A stretch of 64,000 bases of DNA. It comes from Octopus vulgaris (taxonomy: Eukaryota). The position numbers and the translations under genes are program-made. Each line of letters starts with the position of its first letter. Position 1 is the first letter of the stretch. The notes under the pieces are model-generated. The model saw only the letters and a program-made list of their open reading frames with translations. It ran no database searches and was not told the DNA's origin. Location of the stretch: contig OX597825.1 of assembly GCA_951406725.2 (NCBI GenBank), positions 45,756,001-45,820,000 of the forward strand. The letters are read 5' to 3'. This document shows, in pieces, positions 1 to 12,020 of this stretch.

Positions 1-57
1 TCCATCTTTTAGTTCATGCAATTGAAAAAATTGCATTATTTATGGGATGACTCAATA
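1..57 (-). mobile_element. Terminal fragment/TIR of a mariner element (same family as 53088-54330)
   Basis: ttttagttcatgcaattgaaaaa..gcattatttatgggatga matches the end of the mariner at ~54282-54330. Confidence 0.7.
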
Positions 58-979
58 CATGCTATAATTGGGCTGTCTGACAAAACATCTAATTCAGAAA
101 CAATATTACAAGAGTATGCATGATGTGGTTGAAGGCTATGCTCGTATTTTGTTTGAAATTTTTAAATGTATGTCATAGGATAGCAGATCTTTTTATGGTA
201 GATCAAGCTGTGAAAACCATATACAAAGCAAAGAGACTTATAATAAAGATGTTTGTTTTCAACTAGTGCTATCACCTTTGATAAGCAATAGATTAGTTGT
301 TGACAGAGAGGCTGTTCTTTTTCGAGTATGAGATAAACTATTGAGTATTTTGCCATAAGTGAGCATAGAATACTATACAGAGAGAAAGGGTGAAGGATTT
401 AGTGTGGAAATGGACCATTTGGAAGCAGACAATAATAAAAAGAATTCAGTCAGGATGATTGTTTATTGGGATTCATCCTAATAAGGCAACCAGTCCTGAA
501 GATTACTCAGCTGATGATGGCTGGGTAAGAGATTAAGTCTACTACCCAAGAACAGGAATGTTCTCTCAATAGACTTCCACTCAGTGTATGTCTACCAAAT
601 TTCATTCACAAGGCTATGGTCCATGCAAAGTAAGACACCAGCCAAGGTACCCGAAAAGATGCTGTAAGCATTTGATTTCTATATTTATGTGGAAACCAGT
701 CTTATATATATATTCTCTGTTCAGAAGAGAATGAATACTTTGCTTCAAATAAAATATTTAAGAAAAGACTTCTTTCTTTATGATCTCCATAACTGATATT
801 ACAGCTCATATGACAGGCTATACAGAATATACTAACACTGTAAAAATAGTCAAATGTAAACACTTTGTAAATACAATATCTTCATGTACCAGAATATATT
901 ATACATACAAACTAGTCTATGCAATGTACTGAAGTCTATAGTTATAAGGAGAGCTTTCATAAACAGTTAAAGAGGTTTT

Positions 980-1022
980 TCAGTCACTGATGAAATCCCA
1001 GGATTGAAACTAGTCCTGCTGA
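980..1022 (+). ncRNA. Isolated minimal type I hammerhead ribozyme motif (probable PLE pLTR remnant)
   Basis: CTGATGA-aatc(ccag)gatt-GAA-ACTAGT(palindromic stem III)-C; stem I partly decayed (tcagtca / ctgctga). Confidence 0.6.
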
Positions 1023-1355
1023 TCCCTTTTAAACTGAAAAACTTAATTTGAAGTGCTTTAACAATATTTAGAAAGAAGATGCACTTTTATCATTGTATTA
1101 ACATATTTTCAATATAGTTATAATGAATTATGCCTACTGAGTTGACTACTTGACTGTAGATGAATTACAAATACAGTTAAAAAATGTCGGCATTTTATTC
1201 TCCAACTACATTGTAAACACAGCAGAGTCGACATTTCAAGCTAGAAATTTCAATAAACAGATAAAGGAAAATTGCTTTGTTTAAATAAATATTAGAACAT
1301 CTTTTTAACCAAGGTGGAAGCAAAAGGTTGATAGAAGAAACAGGTCATTAATATT

Positions 1356-1560
1356 GATTTCAAATTTTGGCACAAAGCCAAGTCCAGGAGAAGGGACAAG
1401 TCAATTATATCAACCCTTGTACTCCACTTGTACTTACTTTATTGACCCTAAAAGGATGAAAGGCAAAGTCAACCTCAGTGGAATTTGATCCAGGACTGTA
1501 AAGATGGGATGAAATGCTACAAAACATTTTGTCCAATGTGCTAATGATTCTGCCAGCAGA
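1356..1560 (-). mobile_element. tRNA-derived SINE with 11-bp target-site duplication
   Basis: Shares ttattgaccc..aaggatgaaaggcaaagt with the copy at 43058-43265; flanked by tcattaatatt at 1345-1355 and 1561-1571. Confidence 0.7.
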
Positions 1561-1581
1561 TCATTAATATTTATAAATCAC

Positions 1582-1786
1582 TTTTATTTGTTTCAGTCAT
1601 TTTTACTGTAGCTATGCTGGAGCACTTTTAGTCAAAGAAATCGCCCCCTGGATTTATTTTTGTAAGTCTGGTACTTATTCTACCAGTCTCTTTTACTGAA
1701 CTGCTAAGTTACAGGGACATTAAGTTACCCACCAAGATCAATTGTCAAGCGATGGTGGAGGAACAAACATAGACATGAACACACAT

Positions 1787-1867
<81 letters not shown>

Positions 1868-1972
1868 CAACAGGCTTCTTTCAGTTTCAATCAACCAAAT
1901 CCATTCACAAGGCTCTGGTCAGCCCGAGGCTATAGTAGAAGACACTTGCCCAAGGTGCCATGCCTGTGCCTG
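1582..1972 (-). mobile_element. tRNA/CORE-type SINE with internal (CA)n
   Basis: Homologous to copies at 14587, 16247, 58770 and 60706; CORE-like accttgggcaagtgtctt on the minus strand; (CA)n at 1789-1860. Confidence 0.8.
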
Positions 1973-2242
1973 ATAATATATATTAAGCCTTCAGAACAAT
2001 AACATAAAATTTACTGATGAATTAACTGAATCTTAAGTCAAATATAGTATAAAATTGTTTTGATTGTAACTGTTATACATGATGGCTTATTCAAACTAGT
2101 GAATAAAAATTTTCTTTCTGGTTTTTATCTATGTAAAAAAATCAGGGAAAGTACATTGATGATTAAATATAACATTTGATCACTTGTTTTCTTTATTCAA
2201 AATTCAGACAGATCTAATGGGATGACTTTATATATATATATA

Positions 2243-3874
2243 CAGTTGCGGCCAAAATGTTCAGAACGGCATTGTTTTCATCAGAAAAGTAGATATAATT
2301 TTTTTTATCAAAGTTGTTTTATAGTCTATAATTTTCACAGACAATAAATACAATATTAATTGTTATTGTCTGAGATTTGGGTGTAATTTGAGAGGATAAT
2401 ACAAAAGTTATGGATGATTTAATGATTTACTGCAAAACCCATGGCGGCCAAAATGATCAGAACGGTTGAAAAAATAACAAAATAATCAAAAATGACAGAG
2501 AATACTGGAATGAATTATTTAATATTTAGTGTGAAGCTATTTAGCTTCAATCACACTCTGACATCTTCGACTGCATGAGGAAATTAAATTTTCAATTTCT
2601 TGCTGGGTGATCTTATTCCATTCTTCCTGAAGGGCATTCCATAATTGCTCAGTTATTTTAGGATTTCTGGCTTACGAACGTTCTCCTAGAATATTCAACC
2701 CATTTTCAATAGGATTGAGATCTGGGCTTTGAGCTGGCCAATCCATAACAATAACCTTTTCAGCCTTGAGGAAATTCATGACCACCTTAGCCTTGTGACA
2801 TGGGGCATTGTCCTGCATGAATATGGGTGGTCGCTTAGTTGAATTTCTCAGCACAGGCAAGACATGATCTTTTACAAGTTGTTTATAAACTCCTGCATTT
2901 AACTTTCCATGTAATCGCACCAAAGTCCCACACCATCTCCAGATATCATTCCCCAAACCATGACACTTCCTCCACTGAATTTAACACTAGTCTTAAGGCA
3001 TTTAGGCAACAATTTTTCACCTACTTTTCTACGAACATACCTTTTCCCATCTGAGCCAAATAGCATAAACTTAGATTCATCACTGAAATGCACTGTTTGC
3101 CATTTTTCTTGAGACCACAACACATGTTCGGATGCAAAGGTAAGACAACACTTTTTATTCTTGGAGCTGATCAGTGGCTTCACTGCAGGTGCTCTTGCTT
3201 GTAGGTCATGTTCAACTAAACGACGAGACACAGTTTTTCGAGTTAAAGTTTTCTTCAATACCAATGCTCATTTTCCGAGAAACAGCAGCAGCAGTTTTAA
3301 ATCTGTCCTTTTTAACCAATTTTACCATAGCACAATCTTCTCTCTTGGTCGTTTTTCTTGGCCTACCTGTAAACTTTCTTGCTTCACATGAACCACAATC
3401 ATCGTAGAACTTAAGAATACCATGTACAACACTTTTTGACTTCTTAACAATCTTTGTAATAGATTCAGTACTTAAATTATCCTTCCTTCGAAACTTAATA
3501 ATCTGCTGACAAATTGGTAACGGAGTAAGTGGCATTATATTAACAAAGTACACTGCAAATATTCTTACTAATGTTTAGTAAATGAACCGTCAGGTAAACA
3601 AATTCAAAACATTAGAGTTCGCCGGTTAAATATACTAAAACACGGAGTAAAAGCAAGCGTTCTGATAATTTTGGCCGCCATGGGTTTTGCAGTAAATCAC
3701 TAAATCATCCATAACTTTTGTATTATCCTCTCAAATTACACCGAAATCTCAGGCAATAACAAATAATATCATATTTATTGTCTGTGAAAATTATAGAATA
3801 TAAAACAACTTTGATAAAAAATTATATCTACTTTTCTGACGAAAACAATGCCGTTCTGAACATTTTGGTCGCAA
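2243..3874 (-). mobile_element. Tc1-family transposon with long IR/DR-type TIRs (~220 bp)
   Basis: Left TIR starts TA|cagttgcggccaaaatgttcagaacgg, with an inner direct repeat at ~2445-2465; inverted copy at ~3657-3874; last 3 nt and TA of the right TIR are missing. Confidence 0.93.
2519..3535 (-). pseudogene. Frameshifted Tc1 DD34E transposase
   Basis: Overlapping ORF pieces give GRPRK, VHFSDESKF, FMQDNAPCH, WPAQSPDLNPIEN and end in HTKY*. Confidence 0.92.
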
Positions 3875-6800
3875 AAAAAAGTCAAGATAGAAAATGCTAG
3901 AATAATTTTATAAAAAACATTTCAGTACCGGTTCAGTCATTGAGACTTTTTCAACTGTAACAATTAAACAATTAAATTTAGAAAAATTAAAAGAAAAGTT
4001 TTTTTAAAAGAATATTTGTATAGTGTTCAAATACAAGTGGCATTTTCCTTGTTTCTGCCTGTCTCTGTCTCTCTTGGTTACTCTTGTGGGTTGGGAATTC
4101 CGGGTAGGGAATAAGAAGAAGAAAAAGAAGGAGGAGGAGGAGAATGTGGGAGTGCCATGACAGTAGTATTTTGAATGGTCAGCAAATGACCCACAGTGGA
4201 TGGTAGCAGTCCCTGTTCAATTCATGAAAATATTTCTTTTGAATGTTTTGTTTATAGAATTTGCATAGGTGTTATTCTAAACAGCATTAGTGGTTAGAAA
4301 GAAGAAGAAGAAGAAGAAGAAGAAGGAGGAGGAGGAGGAGGACGGGAGGAAAGAGAATAAGAAGAAATGTAGGTAGTGTGAAAGTAGCAAGGTGTTAAAT
4401 GACTTAAAATTGACATGTTATGGATTATAGCAGTGATTGGGACTGTTTTTTAACGAATTCTTAGGAAGCTCTTGAGTGTATCATTTTTAATATTTGCATG
4501 TGTATTTGTGTCATTCTAAGGCCGAGGTGGATATGTCGTTTGTCGTAGATGCGTTCAGAAGGGGCCTGTATTTTGTAATAAAGAGAGTTTCTTTACTAAT
4601 TCGTTGGCTCCAGGTTGTATCGTCTCTGAATTGATAGAGGGGGGAAAATTCTGAAGCTTGGACTTTTGTTGTTGGCGCAAATGTCTATGTGTTGGCTGAA
4701 TGCTATTTTTCTGTTTTGGGGAATTTTATCTGGGATCTGTGCAGGGTCATTCTTTTATGTAGACTATTTTTTGTTTGGCCTATGACACCCAGAGCAGGTT
4801 AGTATGTATATCAGGTTCTCTGAAGCACGTGTGAAATTGCTTTTCACTGTGAAACTTTGTCCTTGTTTGAAGGAGAACTCTGATCCCTCAATTAGATAAT
4901 CGCATATACGACAATTGGGTCTTCCACATTTTTTTACTGACGGCTTCTGTGTTGTTGAGCATATTCGGGCTTGTGTTAGGAGACTTTTCATAGATTTGGG
5001 CTGTCTCTTGCTTTTTATGATGGTGTGTGTTTGGAGGATTAAGTTCATTCTGTGGTCCTTTTTTAGTGGGGGTATGTTTTGGAGGATGGTGTCGAAGGCA
5101 TCATTGTTGAGAGGGTTGTGTGTGGAGATGTATGGTAAGGGTTTTGGTTGTAAATTTTTCTTTAATTTGGGATGTTTGAGTTCCTGGATGTTGTGTTGAA
5201 GGGCAAGTTGAAAGCATATGTCAATTAGTGAAGGTGGGTAGTTCCTGGTGATGAGTGTGTCTTTTAGTTCATCTAGTCATGTGTCTCGGGTGTTTGCATT
5301 AGAAACTATAGTGCATATCCTTTTTGCTAGGTTGAAGGGGATATTCATTCTGGTGTGTTTACGTCAAGTCCATTTAAAAGTGTTTGGAATTTTTTAACTT
5401 TCTCTATATTTTCATGCCAAAGAATGAAACAGGCATCTAGGTATCTCTTCCAGTTATTTTCTATGTAGAGAGAGAAAGGGCTGCCATATCTTTCTAGAAC
5501 CTTACGACAAAGACTGATTTCTAGATATCCCATGACTAGGTTAGCAAAGGAGGGGGCCATTTGCATACCCATTGCAGTCCCCGATTTTTGTTGGTAGAAG
5601 TTGTCTTTGAAGGTGAAGTAGTTATTTTCCAGGATGAATTTAGCCCTTCTATCACAAATTCTTTTTTGATGTGATGTGGGAGTTCATTGGCATAATTCTC
5701 TAGCCAGAACTGAATTGCCTCTATTCTTAGGTTGTGGGGGATATTCGAATAGAGGTTGACTACATCAAAGGATACTAGTAGGGGGCTTTTGTTTATTGTT
5801 TTAGGAAGGTGATTGAGCATATCGAGGTTGTCCCTTATATAGCTTTTGACATGCTTGAGGAATGGTTTTAGGAGGGTATCTAAAAAGTTACTGAGGCGGT
5901 GGGTTTCGCATGCGGGACCTGCTATTATAGGTCTCAATTTCAAGTCATTAGGAGTAGGGACTTTAATTATTTTGTCTGTGGCTATCTTACATGCATTACT
6001 TATTTTCTCACTTTTGTGTATCTTGGGAATACCATAGAATTGGCTGGTTTTACTTTTGAAATTGGTCATATAGTCATATTCTTTGTCGGTGAGCCCTTCA
6101 TTATATGGGTTTAACATGGATTTTAGTTCTCTCATTATTTTTTGCTGACTGTAGTTTTGGGCCTTTTCATAATATGTTGTGTCTTCCGACATAGATAGTT
6201 CTAAAGTTATATAAAATACCGTGTCCATTAAGACTACTGAAGAAAAATTTACAACCAAAAGCCCTACCATACATCTCCACACACAACCCTCTCAACAATG
6301 AAGCCTTTGACACCATTCTCCAAAAAAGGACCACAGAATGAACTTAATCCTCCAAACACACACCATCGAAAAAGCAAGAGACAGCCGAAATCTATGAAAA
6401 GTCTCCTAACACAAGCCCGAATACGCTCAACAACACAGAAGCCGTCAGTAAAAAAATGTGGAAGACCCAATTGTCGTATATGCGATTATCTAATTGAGGG
6501 ATCAGAGTTCTCCTTCAAACAAGGACAACGTTTCACAGTGAAAAGCAATCTCACATGTGCTTCGGAGAACCTGATATACATACTAACCTGCTCTGGGTGT
6601 CAAGAGCAATACATAGGCCAAACAAAAAATAGTCTACATAAAAGAATGACCCTGCACAGATCCCAGATAAAAATTCCCCAAAGCAGAAAAATAGCATTCA
6701 GCCAACACATAGATATTTGCGCCAACAACAAAAGTCCAAGCTTCAGAATGTTTCCCCTCTAACAATTCAGGGACGATACAACCTGGAGCCAACGAATTAG

Positions 6801-7482
6801 TAAAGAAACTCTCTTTATTACAAAATACAGGCCCCTTCTGAACACGACATATCCACCTCGGCCTCAGAATAACACAAATACACATGCAAATATTAAAAAT
6901 GATACACTCAAGAGCTTCCTAAGAATTCGTTAAAAAACAATCCCAATCACTGCTATAATCCATAACATGTCAATTTTAAGTCATTTAACACCTTGCTACT
7001 TTCACACTACCTACATTTCTTCTTATTCTCCCTCCCCTCCTCTTCTTCTTCTTCTTCTTCTTCTTCTTCTTCTTTCTAACCACTAATGCTGTTTAGAATA
7101 ACACCTATGCAAATTCTATAAACAAAACATTCAAAAGAAATATTTTCATGAATTGAACAGGGACTGCTACCATCCACTGTGGGTCATTTGCTGACCATTC
7201 AAAATATTACTGTCATGGCACTCCCACATTCTCCTTCTTTTTCTTCTTCCCTACCAAGAATTCATAACTCACAAGAGTAAACAAGAGAGACAGAGACAGG
7301 CAGAAACAAGGAAAATGCCACTTGCATTTGAACACTATACAAATATTCTTTTAAAAACTTTTCTTTTAATTTTTCAAAATTTAATTGTTTAATTGTTACA
7401 GTTGAAAAAGTCTCAATGACTGAAACCGGTACTGAAATGTTTTTTATAAAATTATTCTAGCATTTTCTATCTTGACTTTTTT

Positions 7483-7488
<6 letters not shown>
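3875..7488. mobile_element. Penelope-like element A, fold-back: 5'-truncated RT-GIY-YIG copy on minus (3875-~6191) plus inverted 3' copy on plus (6240-7488)
   Basis: RT motifs FYGIPKIHK, LRPII, SFDVVNLYSNIP, RYLDA; CGRPNCRIC and LIYILTC..YIGQT (GIY-YIG); ~1.25 kb diverged inverted arms. Confidence 0.92.
7399..7434 (+). ncRNA. Hammerhead ribozyme motif (U3-A8 core) in PLE A pLTR
   Basis: cag-TTGAAAA-agtc(tcaat)gact-GAA-ACCGGT-A-ctg; mutated minus-strand copies at ~3923-3957 and ~11458-11492. Confidence 0.65.
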
Positions 7489-7529
<41 letters not shown>

Positions 7530-9016
7530 TCAATAAATGGTGGGGTTGTGTTGACCGCACGTGGAGAAATGATAAGTAAGGAAAAATTTTTTAAAAATGC
7601 AGAATGCTCAAATGAAAGAAAATTTTAATAAAATGAGAAATTGATAAAATATATAAATATATATTTATTCAACCGGTTTTCGTCATTGTATGACTTGTCA
7701 AGAATATTTATGTTTTAAAAAGTTTTTTTAAAAATTAGAAAGGGGAAAAAAGAAAATTGCATTGTTTTTTGTAAAAGAATAATGATAAAAATGTACAAAA
7801 ATTAAAAAATAAGTTCTCCGATACATTGTGAGTTCGTTGTGTATCTTGAGTTTTATGGTTGTTCACGAAAAAATTACCTTGAGGTGTTAAGATCCAAAGG
7901 GATTAAGAGCATGTGTTGTGTTGTTTAATTCAGCATGTTTGCAGGACAGGAAGTAGTAGTAATTGTGGTTCTTCAGTTCCTGTGTTGTGAGTAAGGGGAG
8001 ACAACTCTTTTGAGTTCTTCAATAAAACCCAAATTATAAAATTATCATTTTAGCTTCATTTGCGTTATCTTTTTTATATAATTGCTTGTTAACTTAACTT
8101 TCTGATTTTAACACTTTATTTATATTATTTTCTAATTATATAAATCTGCATAGACAATTGCATTTCAAATTGTCATATCATTTATAATAAAAATGATAGT
8201 AATAACAACAATAGTAAAAATGATATTTAAAGAATATAAGTTTTAGCTTGAAGTGATGAATGCATGGTATCTTTATATATTTGTGTTAGTCCATCCATGA
8301 AGAGTGAGGTAGAGAAAGGAAGTTTGATCAACGAGGAGTTTGCATATTAAGTTGTGTTTGGAATTTTTCAATAAAGAGATTCTCCTTGTTAATTCTCTCC
8401 TGTGTGGTGATCCCGTCTTTACATTGGTAGAAGGGGAATATATAGAATTTGGGGTTTAAGTCTTTAGCACATGAGTCTAAGTGGTCACTCAGTGGAATTT
8501 GTCGGTATTCCGGGAGATTTATTTGTTCTTTATGCACCGTTACTCGTTTACGTAATGGGAGACTCGTTTGTCCAACATAATTATGTTGGCAACCAGCGCA
8601 TGTGAGAACGTAGATAAGGTTCTCGGAGGAACAGGAGAAGTTAGTCTTGATTTTAAACTTCGTACCTTGTTTGAAGGTAAATTCAGAGCCTTCAAGTAGA
8701 AAGGGGCAGGTACCACAGTTTGAGCGTGCACATTTTTTTACTGTTGGGGGTGGATGTGGTGTGTGAAGTTTGGCATTTGTCAAGAGTTTTTTTAAAAATT
8801 TGTGTTGCCTTTTGCATTTGAGGATTTTGTGTGTATTTATAATGTTTTTCATTTTTGGGTCTGTTGACAGTAGACTGAGGTTTTGTATGATTGTGGTGTA
8901 TGCTTCGATATTTTTGGGGTTGTGGGTGGAAATGTATTAAAAATATTAAAAATGATACACTCAAGAGCTTCCTAAGAATTCGTTAAAAAACAGTCCCAAT
9001 CACTGCTATAATCCAG

Positions 9017-10588
9017 GACCTATAACTAAGGCCCATCGTGGCTGGTACCTCCTGTGAAACACACCGCCTGAGTAACTTCCTAGACATCCTTTTGAAACCT
9101 TTCCTTACCCACATCAAAAGTTTCATTAGGGATGATCTGGACATGCTCAAACACCTCCCGAAAACAGTTAACGAGGAGGCACTCCTGGTATCCTTTGATG
9201 TCATCAACCTCTACACCAACATCCCACATGAGTATGGTATAGAGGCAATTGACTTCTGGCTAGAAAAACACCCAGAGACATTCCCTGACCGCATTAACAA
9301 GTCTTTATTACAGAATCTCTCAAGTTCATTCTGACAAACAATTTTTTCTCTTCGACGACACACACTACCGTCAAAAATGTGGCATTGCGATGGGTACCAA
9401 GGCTGCACCAGTCCTTGCGAACCTCATAATGGGTTACTTCGAACTGTCACTCTATGAAATATTAAGCCAGAAATTTGGACATGTTTTCCATACCTACCTA
9501 ATGGAAAACTGGAAAAGGTATTTAGATGATTGTTTCATCATATGGAAAGAACCTTATGAAAAACTCCTGGAATTCAAAACCATACTAAACAACATACATC
9601 CCAACATCCAATTCACTATGGAATTAAGCAAACATCATCTCCCATTCCTTGATCTCCTAATTATAAAAACACCTAAGAACCAAATCATAACAGACATCTA
9701 CCACAAACCTACAGACTCACAACAATACCTCCTCTTTAGTTCATGCCACCCAAAACACACCAAGACAAATATCTCTTTCAATTTAGCTAAAAGGGTATGC
9801 ACCATTGTCTCGGATACAAAAACACGAGAAATACGCCTTCAAGACCTCAAAAAAACACTATTACAACGTCAATATCCCTCCACCCTTATAGAGTATGGAA
9901 TAAAACGCGCCAAAGAACTAGACAACACTACACTGAAAACCACCCAACCTAACACCACACACAACCTCAAAATACTTCCATACATTTCCACCCACAACCC
10001 CAAAAATATCGAAGCATACACCACAATCATACAAAACCTCAGTCTACTGTCAACAGACCCAAAAATGAAAAACATTATAAATACACACAAAATCCTCAAA
10101 TGCAAAAGGCAACACAAATTTTTAAAAAACTCTTGACAAATGCCAAACTTCACACACCACATCCACCCCCAACAGTAAAAAAATGTGCACGCTCAAACTG
10201 TGGTACCTGCCCCTTTCTACTTGAAGGCTCTGAATTTACCTTCAAACAAGGTACGAAGTTTAAAATCAAGACTAACTTCTCCTGTTCCTCCGAGAACCTT
10301 ATCTACGTTCTCACATGCGCTGGTTGCCAACATAATTATGTTGGACAAACGAGTCTCCCATTACGTAAACGAGTAACGGTGCATAAAGAACAAATAAATC
10401 TCCCGGAATACCGACAAATTCCACTGAGTGACCACTTAGACTCATGTGCTAAAGACTTAAACCCCAAATTCTATATATTCCCCTTCTACCAATGTAAAGA
10501 CGGGATCACCACACAGGAGAGAATTAACAAGGAGAATCTCTTTATTGAAAAATTCCAAACACAACTTAATATGCAAACTCCTCGTTGA
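9017..10588 (+). pseudogene. PLE B RT + GIY-YIG endonuclease (5'-truncated, frameshifted)
   Basis: Three overlapping ORFs; 1-nt A-tract deletion near 10125 relative to the left arm. Confidence 0.9.
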
Positions 10589-11169
10589 TCAAACTTCCTT
10601 TCTCTACCTCACTCTTCATGGATGGACTAACACAAATATATAAAGATACCATGCATTCATCACTTCAAGCTAAAACTTATATTCTTTAAATATCATTTTT
10701 ACTATTGTTGTTATTACTATCATTTTTATTATAAATGATATGACAATTTGAAATGCAATTGTCTATGCAGATTTATATAATTAGAAAATAATATAAATAA
10801 AGTGTTAAAATCAGAAAGTTAAGTTAACAAGCAATTATATAAAAAAGATAACGCAAATGAAGCTAAAATGATAATTTTATAATTTGGGTTTTATTGAAGA
10901 ACTCAAAAGAGTTGTCTCCCCTTACTCACAACACAGGAACTGAAGAACCACAATTACTACTACTTCCTGTCCTGCAAACATGCTGAATTAAACAACACAA
11001 CACATGCTCTTAATCCCTTTGGATCTTAACACCTCAAGGTAATTTTTTCGTGAACAACCATAAAACTCAAGATACACAACGAACTCACAATGTATCGGAG
11101 AACTTATTTTTTAATTTTTGTTCTTTTTTTCCCCTTTCTAATTTTTAAAAAAACTTTTTAAAACATAAA

Positions 11170-11210
11170 TATTCTTGACAAGTCATACAATGACGAAAAC
11201 CGGTTGAATA
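11170..11210 (+). ncRNA. Hammerhead ribozyme-like motif (U3-A8 core) in PLE B pLTR
   Basis: tattc-TTGACAA-gtca(tacaa)tgac-GAAA-ACCGGT-T-gaata (one extra A); mirror copy at ~7666-7706 on minus. Confidence 0.6.
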
Positions 11211-11348
11211 AATATATATTTATATATTTTATCAATTTCTCATTTTATTAAAATTTTCTTTCATTTGAGCATTCTGCATTTTTAAAAAAATTTTTCCTTA
11301 CTTATCATTTCTCCACGTGTGGTCAACACAACCCCACCATTTATTGAT

Positions 11349-11407
<59 letters not shown>

Positions 11408-11967
11408 AAAAAAAAGTCAAGATAGAAAATGCTAGAATAATTTTATAAAAAACATTTCAGTACCGGTTTCATCATTGAGACTTTTTCAACTGTAACAATT
11501 AAACAATTAAATTTTGAAAAATTAAAAGAAAAGTTTTTTAAAAGAATATTTGTATAGTGTTCAAATGCAAGTGGCATTTTCCTTGTTTCTGCCTGTCTCT
11601 GTCTCTCTTGTTTACTCTTGTGGGTTATGAATTCTTGGTAGGGAAGAAGAAAAAGAAGGAGAATGTGGGAGTGCCATGACAGTAATATTTTGAATGGTCA
11701 GCAAATGACCCACAGTGGATGGTAGCAGTCCCTGTTCAATTCATGAAAATATTTCTTTTGAATGTTTTGTTTATAGAATTTGCATAGGTGTTATTCTAAA
11801 CAGCATTAGTGGTTAGAAAGAAGAAGAAGAAGAAGAAGAGGAGTGGAGGGAGAATAAGAAGAAATGTAGGTAGTGTGAAAGTAGCAAGGTGTTAAATGAC
11901 TTAAAATTGGCATGTTATGGATTATAGCAGTGATTGGGACTGTTTTTTAACGAATTCTTAGGAAGCT
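11408..11967 (-). repeat. Inverted copy of the PLE A right-arm terminus (6913-7488)
   Basis: Shares the right arm's diagnostic variant (ttatgaattcttggtagggaagaagaaaaagaaggagaatg), not the left arm's. Confidence 0.9.
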
Positions 11968-11975
11968 TTTTTCCT

Positions 11976-12016
<41 letters not shown>

Positions 12017-12020
<4 letters not shown>

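Larger units (their letters stand above)
7527..11350. mobile_element. Penelope-like element B, fold-back, in (TA)n: left arm 7527-8937 (minus) is the inverse of 9980-11350; 5'-truncated body ~9017-11350 (plus)
   Basis: ORF pieces 9038-10588 with SFDVINLYTNIP, MGTKAAP, RYLDD, CARSNCGTC, LIYVLTC..YVGQT; near-identical arms; (TA)n on both sides. Confidence 0.95.
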
